From the IMG/VR virus record IMGVR_UViG_2778261512_000016: a DNA stretch of 8,183 nt. The stretch is one strand, 5' to 3'. Numbering within the stretch: the stretch's first letter is position 1; the number at the start of each line of letters is the position of its first letter. Under the pieces are notes generated by a model. It worked only from the letters and a program-made list of their open reading frames with translations. It was not told the DNA's origin and ran no database searches. The stretch comes from a virus. Lineage: Duplodnaviria > Heunggongvirae > Uroviricota > Caudoviricetes. The position numbers were made by a program, and so were the translations under genes. Positions 1-5,931 of the stretch are shown in pieces.

Positions 1-431
1 CCATGGAGACGACATTCGTGCTGGATGCACTGGAGCAGGCGTTATGGGCCCGTCGACCGTCCGGCACGGTCCATCACAGTGATAAAGGTTCTCAGTATGT
101 ATCGCTGGCCTACACACAGCGGCTTAAGGAAGCCGGATTACTGGCATCAACAGGAAGTACAGGCGACTCGTATGACAACGCGATGGCGGAGAGCATCAAT
201 GGTCTTTACAAAGCGGAGGTAATACACCGTAAGAGCTGGAAAAACCGTGCAGAAGTGGAACTGGCCACACTCACGTGGGTGGACTGGTATAACAATCGAC
301 GATTGCTGGAAAGGCTGGGCCATACTCCTCCGGCAGAAGCAGAAAAAGCTTATTATGCTTCCATCGGAAACGATGATCTGGCAGCCTGAGTTCACAGATA
401 AAACACTCTCCAGGAAACCCGGGGCGGTTCA
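1..431 (+). mobile_element. 3' portion of an IS629-type (IS3 family) insertion sequence; the element continues beyond the left window edge and its terminal inverted repeat ends at 431
   Basis: Transposase OrfB C-terminus in frame at 3..389. The minus strand at 409..431 reads TGAACCGCCCCGGGTTTCCTGGAGAG, matching my recollection of the IS629/IS1203 terminal inverted repeat. Not database-verified. Confidence 0.75.
3..389 (+). CDS. IS3-family (IS629-like) transposase OrfB, C-terminal fragment (5' end lies outside the window)
   Basis: The translation carries the C-terminal part of a DDE integrase-core domain (HHSDKGSQYVS ... DSYDNAMAESINGLYKAEVIHRKSW ... TWVDWYNNRRLLERLGHTPPAEAE), the pattern of IS3-family OrfB. 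The ORF is open from the window edge and stops with TGA at 387..389. Confidence 0.9.
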   Translation: METTFVLDALEQALWARRPSGTVHHSDKGSQYVSLAYTQRLKEAGLLASTGSTGDSYDNAMAESINGLYKAEVIHRKSWKNRAEVELATLTWVDWYNNRRLLERLGHTPPAEAEKAYYASIGNDDLAA

Positions 432-556
432 CCACTCTTCCTTTGTTTAGATTGTAAACATTTAATACGGCAGTGACTGACAATAGCACCATTCTCAACG
501 CGCACAGTATAGAGGCCATCTTCAGTAAAAATTTCACGTAATTCTTCGATTTTCAT
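432..556 (-). pseudogene. 5' fragment of a small ORF interrupted by the IS629-type insertion (41 native codons, then read-through into the IS end to a stop at 392)
   Basis: Minus-strand ATG at 556 preceded by GGAAGGA 8 nt upstream; the translation MKIEELREIFTEDGLYTVRVENGAIVSHCRIKCLQSKQRKS then continues into the IS terminal repeat. A sigma70-like promoter lies upstream on the minus strand (-35 TTGAAG at 663..668, 18-bp spacer, -10 TAGAAT at 639..644). Identity of the original gene is unknown. Confidence 0.35.
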
Positions 557-680
557 CAACAGAATCCTTCCAGATAAATAGCACTCCCCTGTTCGGGGTC
601 CATCCCTCTTATCCCTGCGCGCTACTTAAGTATTTTTGATTCTATTCCGGCACCGCCCAGAACTTCAAACGCGTTGAAAA

Positions 681-708
681 TAAAAACAAAAACCCGCCGA
701 AGCGGGTT
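681..708 (-). terminator. Rho-independent terminator at the 3' end of the hok mRNA
   Basis: Minus strand reads AACCCGC-TTCG-GCGGGTT followed by TTTGTTTTTATTTT: a GC-rich 7-bp stem with a tetraloop and a U-run, about 70 nt downstream of the hok stop. Confidence 0.6.
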
Positions 709-776
709 AAATGCGGGTGCGTTGAGAATGCCTGACACATCAGAGGTGGCGAGGGATTTCTCCCCCGCCGGGTCTC

Positions 777-932
777 TTACTCCTCAGATTCGTAAGCTGT
801 GAAGACAGCGACCTCCGTCTGGCCGGTTCGGATTCGTACCTCGCAGAGGTCTTTCCTCGTTACCAGTGCCGTCACTATGACGGTTAAACAGATGACGATC
901 AGGGCGATTAACATCGCCTTTTGCTGCTTCAT
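777..932 (-). CDS. hokD: Hok/Gef-family small membrane toxin (type I toxin), 51 aa, closest from memory to HokD/RelF
   Basis: Translation MKQQKAMLIALIVICLTVIVTALVTRKDLCEVRIRTGQTEVAVFTAYESEE has the Hok hallmark (single TM helix, then RKxLCE ... EVAAF/VF ... YE). GGAG lies 9 nt upstream of the ATG at 932. The product is internal to the 70-aa ORF listed at 777..989. Confidence 0.85.
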   Translation of the reverse strand: MKQQKAMLIALIVICLTVIVTALVTRKDLCEVRIRTGQTEVAVFTAYESEE

Positions 933-989
933 AGCCTGCTTCTCCTTGCCTTTCGGCACGTAAGAGGCTAACCTACGTGTGTAGAGCAT
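777..989 (-). CDS. mok: mok-like reading frame (in-frame upstream extension of hok, as in mokC/hokC)
   Basis: ATG at 989 opens a 70-aa frame whose first 19 aa (MLYTRRLASYVPKGKEKQA) precede the hok Met. This resembles the in-frame mokC extension of hokC as I recall it. The function is regulatory coupling, not a distinct protein. Confidence 0.5.
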   Translation of the reverse strand: MLYTRRLASYVPKGKEKQAMKQQKAMLIALIVICLTVIVTALVTRKDLCEVRIRTGQTEVAVFTAYESEE

Positions 990-1045
990 AGATATGGCCT
1001 CAGATTAATGTTAAGCGTCTTGCCGGACGCGTAATGTTAACTGGG
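981..1045 (+). ncRNA. sok: Candidate Sok-type antisense RNA covering the mok start and SD region (boundaries approximate)
   Basis: Plus-strand promoter-like elements inside mok: -35 TTGCCT (946..951), 17-bp spacer, -10 TAACCT (969..974). The predicted start near 981 is antisense to the mok initiation region. A small hairpin GCGTC-ttgccg-GACGC lies at 1014..1029, flanked by TAATGTTAA direct repeats, and is followed by a U-rich stretch. Placement is by analogy to sokC/mokC geometry; the 3' end is uncertain. Confidence 0.35.
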
Positions 1046-1107
1046 GCTTTTCTCTATCTGCCTTTGGTGTTGATGCCCGAGGCAGATAGCCTCAAGCACC
1101 CGCAGCA

Positions 1108-1136
1108 ATTCTACTTAACTACCGTTACCTCGCCAA
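1108..1136 (-). promoter_or_regulatory. hok/mok mRNA promoter (sigma70 type)
   Basis: Minus strand: -35 TTGGCG (plus coords 1131..1136), 17-bp spacer, -10 TAGAAT (1108..1113), predicted start about 1100. The leader that follows (GGGTGCTTGAGGCTATCTGCCTC ...) resembles the plasmid R1 hok mRNA 5' end as I recall it. Confidence 0.5.
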
Positions 1137-1611
1137 TATGAAATCAATCAGAAAGGTGATCCATAAGAACAACAGCAAGACAATAAATTGCCATTACAGC
1201 AGCAATAGCCAGCGCACATTTGAGAACCAGCACCACAACCTCCTGTATTGGACGTACACCAGTCCTGATAAATATGAGGCTGTCTCGTCAGTGATTCAAT
1301 ACAACTACTGGGTATAGTTTCTATGATTTTGTTCTGTGGAAATGGAAAACAGCAACCAGTCACCACCAGCACTTCTTTAAACATGCCAAGTCACACGCAA
1401 GCCAACATTATAGTTCCCTTTGAGCGAGCAGATGAAGCTAGCAAAAATATTGATCACTTAGGATGCATTACTAACGTTGCTATGTGTTAACGAACAGGGA
1501 GTGGGTCATCAGCATAAATATTTATGCAGTAGGTTTCTTTTAGGACTAGATTAATCAAAAACATTTAGATAAAATTATAAAATCAAGAAATTGGTGGCAA
1601 TTAATCTTTAA

Positions 1612-1640
1612 TTGTGCCAGCTGAATTTCGTTATTATAGA
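1612..1640 (+). promoter_or_regulatory. Candidate promoter for the two-gene cargo operon
   Basis: -35 TTGTGC (1612..1617), 17-bp spacer, -10 TATAGA (1635..1640), followed by a T8 tract (1649..1656) and the RBS GGAGAG (1665..1670). The match is weak, and promoter-like hexamers occur readily by chance in AT-rich DNA. Confidence 0.25.
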
Positions 1641-1674
1641 AGATTAGCTTTTTTTTGAGTGTTTGGAGAGTAAA

Positions 1675-2370
1675 ATGTTAGAACCACCAAAGAGTTATAA
1701 TGAAATGTTGCCTATGCTCCATAAGGCGACTTTTATTACTACATTTATATTTTACCTATCATTAGTCATTTATGGCTACATGCCATTGGTTGGCATTAAT
1801 GCCAAGTATATCCCCCCCGTTAAAGACTACGAGGAATTTATTAAATGGATATTAACCTTTGGCATATTACCAATTGCATCTTCAGTTTTTTGGTCAGTAA
1901 TTAGTGGAGCTTTAGATCTACATAATAATGTAGCAAAAATTATTGGAATAAGGAAGATGTGGGATAGTCATTTAATTATTAAACCATTAGCAAAAATTGC
2001 AGGCGTTACGAGAAAATTAACTACTGATGAATCTCACAAGGTAATGAGTAAACTGTATTACCCAGAAGTTAAAGAGTTAAAAGACAAACATTACGTTGAA
2101 CTTTTCTGGAACAAAGTTTATTACTTTTGGGTTTTCTTTGAACATACAGTAATCGCATTTGTTACTATTTTAATAATAAGTATCGCCAAATTAACAAATA
2201 TATTCTCTGTTACTGGCTCTTTAATTAATCTTTGGTTGTGGATTATTTCTCTTGTCGCATTTGACTTCCTTATTTTCATAGCATCAGTTAAACCAAGAAC
2301 AGAAAGCCAAGTAAGACAAATACCTGATAGCAAAATAAAAGAATTCTTTAACAATAACAATATTTTTTAA
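1675..2370 (+). CDS. Hypothetical integral membrane protein, 231 aa, four predicted TM helices (two N-terminal, two C-terminal, separated by a charged soluble region of about 65 aa)
   Basis: ATG at 1675 with GGAG at 1665..1668 (the listed ORF starts at an upstream TTG at 1663). Hydrophobic segments: ATFITTFIFYLSLVIYGYMPLVGI, FIKWILTFGILPIASSVFWSVISGAL, FWVFFEHTVIAFVTILIISIAKL, VTGSLINLWLWIISLVAFDFLIFIASV. Low-GC codon usage. No family recognised by eye. Confidence 0.65.
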   Translation: MLEPPKSYNEMLPMLHKATFITTFIFYLSLVIYGYMPLVGINAKYIPPVKDYEEFIKWILTFGILPIASSVFWSVISGALDLHNNVAKIIGIRKMWDSHLIIKPLAKIAGVTRKLTTDESHKVMSKLYYPEVKELKDKHYVELFWNKVYYFWVFFEHTVIAFVTILIISIAKLTNIFSVTGSLINLWLWIISLVAFDFLIFIASVKPRTESQVRQIPDSKIKEFFNNNNIF

Positions 2371-2382
2371 ACGAGGTTGATT

Positions 2383-3036
2383 TTGAATTACAAAATAAAT
2401 GGAATAAACATACGTTCAGAAAATGCAGCGAAACCGCACACTATGCCATCTAACTATCTCTGTAAACAGATTGAAAGCACTAATAAAAATGGCAATGCCC
2501 TTGATTTTGGATGTGGAAAACTTAGATATTCAGAACAATTAGTAAATAAATTTGAAACTGTGACATTTTTAGATTCCAGAAGACAACTAGAAAGAGTGCA
2601 AATTATCAGAGGTGTACAAACCACGATTCCAGATTACGTGATAAATAACTATAAGAATGCTAATATTGTTTCTTATGAAAATATAGATAAAATAACAAAT
2701 CATTATGATTTCATACTTTGCGCAAACGTGCTTTCCGCAATTCCATGTGAATCCACAATTCACAAAGTCCTCAGTGCGATTAGAGAATTATTAAAGAGTG
2801 ATGGTGAAGCACTGATTGTCAATCAATACAAAAGTTCTTATTTCAAGAGGTACGAGAGCGGTATTAAACATTTGCATGGGTATATATACCAAAACTCTCG
2901 CAATGCTTTCTACTATGGTTTATTAGATGTGGATACTGTAAGTAAAATATGCTCAGATAATAATTTAGAAATAATAAAATCATGGAGCAAAGCAGGTAGT
3001 TCATATGTGGTTGTTGGTAAACATATACATATTTAG
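2383..3036 (+). CDS. Class I (Rossmann-fold) SAM-dependent methyltransferase-like protein, about 217 aa; not a DNA methyltransferase by motif content
   Basis: Motif I LDFGCGKL, acidic post-I residue in TVTFLD, motif II HYDFILCANVLSAIP, motif III LLKSDGEALIV. No DPPY/NPPY-type catalytic motif or target-recognition domain. Start is uncertain: TTG at 2383 sits 6 nt after GAGG (2373..2376); alternatives are TTG 2377 and ATG 2443. It begins 13 nt after the upstream stop, so it is probably co-transcribed or translationally coupled. Confidence 0.65.
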   Translation: MNYKINGINIRSENAAKPHTMPSNYLCKQIESTNKNGNALDFGCGKLRYSEQLVNKFETVTFLDSRRQLERVQIIRGVQTTIPDYVINNYKNANIVSYENIDKITNHYDFILCANVLSAIPCESTIHKVLSAIRELLKSDGEALIVNQYKSSYFKRYESGIKHLHGYIYQNSRNAFYYGLLDVDTVSKICSDNNLEIIKSWSKAGSSYVVVGKHIHI

Positions 3037-3350
3037 TTTATTTCAACAAATTATTAGAAAGAGTGATTTGCTTGTTAATTATTAGCTCGGCAGTGCCGGA
3101 TCAACATGACCCTGCCACTTAGGCCATTGCCGGTTTACCTACTTTTGTAAGGTTCAGCATGAAGTTTTTATATACTCTTCCTAATATCAATAGTGATGCT
3201 CGCTTATGTTAGCTGCTTCTTGTACATAGTAGCCTTCTCCGACAGTACTGCAATGAGCGGAGAGTAAAAGTCGATAAACAATAAGGAGGTTCACAATAAA
3301 TATTTCTCGGTGAAACTTTCAAAGCATTCTCTGTTTTGCTAAATCGACAA

Positions 3351-4250
3351 TTATAAATCAACAACATTTAGTGTTATATCAATATTATTTAGCCTTGCAA
3401 TCTCTGATGAATCACTTGCTATTTTAGCTTTTAATTTATCAATATTAATCATATCTTCATGGCTTATATAAACCATATCACCTTGGTTAACTTTAGATTT
3501 GTTCACTATGGCTTGAATAACAGACAAATCATCCATTACACCTCTCATAAATTTCACCATGCTTTGATCTTTGAAGTCAGATATCGATTTTGAACGTTGC
3601 TTACGTTGAATTGTTCCTTTTGTAATTACTTCATTAATTTCTTTTAAACCAGTGAGCATATCAGACAGACTGCCTTCGCAACTCATCCGATGTTTTATTG
3701 CATTGCGATTAATAATATTGAGTATAATTTCGAGTGAATCTTTATCACTCCATGGATGTAATGATGTATAATCATGATGGCGTCGAATGGCGTCAATCAT
3801 ATCCTGGACCATATCTTCATCTGCTTTATCGCAAAGTTCATTCACGAAATAGCTGGGGTCGATTATTTTACAATAACTTGGAGTTAGGTATCTTGAGGCT
3901 TTACAAAAACCAAAAATATATAAAGTAGAGTATTTATCTTTCAGACTCTCTCCTATTTCATTTATTTTCTCAAAAGATTCGATAGTTTTTTTAATTTTTG
4001 CTGGACTTGCATTCGTAGTAACTTGAACTGCTATCATGTTTTTATTATCAGCTAAATCAATGGCGGGAAAATTAACTTTAATCTGATTCATGTTTACCAG
4101 TTCACTCATTTTCAGCGCGCGAAACATAAAGATGGTCAATGACTCAATTATTCTTTCCATGTCATGAAAGCCTGCCTGTTTGCGTTGCGCGATATAAAGC
4201 TGGAGTAGTGCAATATCACTCTGTAAGTTTCTAATAAGTGGATCAATCAT
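3351..4250 (-). CDS. Hypothetical 299-aa protein; the N-terminal region resembles what I recall as the SMEK-type domain (NFPAIDLADNKNMIAVQVTT ... KIKKTIESF) and the C-terminal alpha-helical region contains an R-x4-H motif (RNAIKH) compatible with a HEPN-like RNase
   Basis: Long minus-strand ORF with ATG at 4250 and AAGGA 9 nt upstream; AT-rich codon usage matching the neighbouring cargo genes. Domain assignments are from memory and motif inspection only. Confidence 0.6.
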   Translation of the reverse strand: MIDPLIRNLQSDIALLQLYIAQRKQAGFHDMERIIESLTIFMFRALKMSELVNMNQIKVNFPAIDLADNKNMIAVQVTTNASPAKIKKTIESFEKINEIGESLKDKYSTLYIFGFCKASRYLTPSYCKIIDPSYFVNELCDKADEDMVQDMIDAIRRHHDYTSLHPWSDKDSLEIILNIINRNAIKHRMSCEGSLSDMLTGLKEINEVITKGTIQRKQRSKSISDFKDQSMVKFMRGVMDDLSVIQAIVNKSKVNQGDMVYISHEDMINIDKLKAKIASDSSEIARLNNIDITLNVVDL

Positions 4251-4286
4251 AGCTAATAATCCTTTTCAATGAAGCTGGAGGTGTGT

Positions 4287-4303
4287 TTAACTATTAGTTA
4301 AAT
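4287..4303. promoter_or_regulatory. Perfect 8+1+8 palindrome TTTAACTATTAGTTAAA in the 5' leader/promoter region of the 299-aa gene; candidate operator
   Basis: Read directly from the sequence, 37 to 53 bp upstream of the start codon at 4250. AT-rich context raises the chance-palindrome rate. Confidence 0.25.
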
Positions 4304-4502
4304 TTCTATTTTTATAGAAACAAGCTTTACAACTTCATCAAAGTTTCTCAAATCCTAATCCACTTTGCAAATCCACTAACCATGCTGAATGCTTTCTGTT
4401 GTTAAACATATCCGCTGCTGGCACCAAGCAGACAAACACACTAACTCTACCCTACTCCACAAAAGAGCCAATCAATATCTGAACTAATAAACTTTAATCT
4501 CA

Positions 4503-4925
4503 TCACTTCAATAAATATCGAGCATTTCCCTGATAGAATGCTAGTATGCGCTGCATAACTTCACTCTTCCGGCACTCGCGACAGATTATGTTCTGACGCC
4601 TGTCGTAGCGACGTATTTCTCCGTCAGGTAATGACCAGATAAGGTCCGGATCAACCGCAGATGGTTCCTTCAGCTTTGCCCTTGAGAGCTTTTTACGGGC
4701 ATTTTGCCAGTCCTTACGCGCCTGTTCAGACGGGAATAACCCGTAACCAGAGTTGTATACATCGCCGCTGGCAACCAGCTCTCTTGCGAGAACGCTCATC
4801 AGATATCTTGTCGCACCTGTCTTGACTTCCAGTTGCCGTAACGTCTCACGCCCACTCCGGCGTACGAGTTCAACAACCTGCCCTTTAATTTTTTCCCGCT
4901 CTTCTTGTGTAAAAACTTTTGCCAC
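4503..4925 (-). CDS. Hypothetical prophage protein, 140 aa, basic; function unknown
   Basis: GTG start at 4925 with AGGAGG 4 nt upstream; host-like GC content; it follows the replication initiator gene on the same strand. No family recognised. Confidence 0.55.
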   Translation of the reverse strand: MAKVFTQEEREKIKGQVVELVRRSGRETLRQLEVKTGATRYLMSVLARELVASGDVYNSGYGLFPSEQARKDWQNARKKLSRAKLKEPSAVDPDLIWSLPDGEIRRYDRRQNIICRECRKSEVMQRILAFYQGNARYLLK

Positions 4926-4965
4926 AAGCCCTCCTGAAAATTACCTCATGACCAGAAATTAACAC

Positions 4966-5931
4966 TTACCCCCTGAAGCCCGGCGGAATTTCGGTATCCG
5001 GCTCAGAAATATGATTCACACAACGCTGTACAGACGAACGCCCCAGGCGGATAACCAGTTCATCCCATTTTTCGCGAAGCTTTGACGGACTCATGATATT
5101 TTTTACCCAGAATGGATCCCGCTGCACCCGACCAAACATTTCACAAATTTGTCTGTGAGTTCTGCCATCCAGCATCCGCATTGTGCGCACGTCGTTGGCC
5201 CATGCGGTCCAGTTGGGTTCTTTCGGTCGCGAAATCTCGCCATCATCGCTGGCGGCCTGCTCGTAAAGACTCACGATTCGCCCCCAGATCCACTGCGCAC
5301 ACGCCAAATCTTCCTGGCTGCCCCACTGGCGTTTTTTCGCACTGAACACAACCGCGTCAGGGTGTCGGGTTAAAAAATCCTGTTCAACCGTCTGCGGGTC
5401 CGGTTGCGAAGCTTCCGGACGAGAAGTCTTTTTATTCTCTGTAGTAATCTCTGTTGTATTCTCTGTAAGATCATCAGGCCATTTTGACCCGATGACATTG
5501 AGTCGTTTTGAACCAATGGAGCGTTTCATTTTGACCTCTTCCATCGTGTCATTTTGACCTGATGGAGCGGCGCATTTTAAACCGATGGATTCGCTCAATT
5601 TGCCACCATCTAAAAGCTCGCTCCCGTAGTTGATCGTGTAGAAATTGGTCATATCGCGCTTTGATTTATTGAGCTTTTCACAACGCAAAAGCCCCAGCGT
5701 TTTCAGACTTGCAAACGCGCGCTTTAACGTTGACTCTGACCAGAATGGGAACTGTTCCAGCCATTGTTCCGTTGTGTTATAAATCCAGCGAACACCATCA
5801 CATTCCATGCCGGAGTTGGTATCTCTCAACCAGTAGTGCAGTTGTTGCAAAACAATGGCTTCGTTTAAGCCAATTTTCATTGCCAGCTGCGTGTTTATAA
5901 CCAGTGGGCGTTCAGCAAAAAGAAGACTCAT
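4966..5931 (-). CDS. Lambdoid replication initiation protein (lambda O-like / replisome organiser) with the origin embedded in its coding sequence
   Basis: N-terminal winged-helix-like region (WIYNTTEQWLEQFPFWSESTLKRAFASLKTLGLL); the central region is encoded by the iterons (repeated SIG.K peptides); C-terminal domain ends ... SKLREKWDELVIRL. Preferred start is ATG at 5931 (GGATGG upstream); the listed ORF extends to a TTG at 5985. It overlaps the upstream gene by 20 nt. Confidence 0.7.
   Translation of the reverse strand: MSLLFAERPLVINTQLAMKIGLNEAIVLQQLHYWLRDTNSGMECDGVRWIYNTTEQWLEQFPFWSESTLKRAFASLKTLGLLRCEKLNKSKRDMTNFYTINYGSELLDGGKLSESIGLKCAAPSGQNDTMEEVKMKRSIGSKRLNVIGSKWPDDLTENTTEITTENKKTSRPEASQPDPQTVEQDFLTRHPDAVVFSAKKRQWGSQEDLACAQWIWGRIVSLYEQAASDDGEISRPKEPNWTAWANDVRTMRMLDGRTHRQICEMFGRVQRDPFWVKNIMSPSKLREKWDELVIRLGRSSVQRCVNHISEPDTEIPPGFRG
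5425..5592. repeat. Putative phage origin of replication: five direct iterons of about 18 bp at roughly 23-bp spacing (5480..5590) followed, in the gene sense, by an AT-rich tract (5425..5478)
   Basis: Plus-strand units CATTTTGACCCGATGACA, TCGTTTTGAACCAATGGA, CATTTTGACCTCTTCCAT, CATTTTGACCTGATGGAG, CATTTTAAACCGATGGAT starting at 5480, 5503, 5527, 5550, 5573. The layout mirrors lambda ori inside gene O. Confidence 0.6.

Noticed and set aside
25-537. ORFs 25..222 (+), 147..395 (-), 247..450 (+), 271..537 (-) overlapping the IS transposase
   Set aside because: Alternative-frame or antisense ORFs inside or straddling the IS629-type element; the transposase frame at 3..389 explains the region. 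The real minus-strand signal is the short disrupted ORF starting at 556 in a different frame.
1148-1384. 78-aa minus-strand ORF (Cys/Gly-rich, low complexity) and an overlapping 59-aa plus-strand ORF (1138..1317) between the hok promoter and the AT-rich island
   Set aside because: Implausible composition (CC/GC runs arising from CAGCAG-type sequence), no convincing RBS, and mutual overlap. More likely non-coding or a degraded remnant. Three-frame translation of the minus strand showed no RelE/RelB-like sequence.
3037-3350. Convergent intergenic region with a GC-richer patch (about 3085..3135) and a strong SD-like TAAGGAGGT (3283..3291) with no start codon at usable spacing
   Set aside because: Only weak 5-bp stems could be found and there is no ORF after the SD-like sequence. 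Probably ordinary 3' UTR or terminator space between convergent genes; not enough to call a terminator or sRNA.
2121-3928. ORFs 2121..2360 (-) and 3734..3928 (+) inside the cargo genes
   Set aside because: Antisense to longer, better-supported ORFs; typical spurious frames in AT-rich coding sequence.
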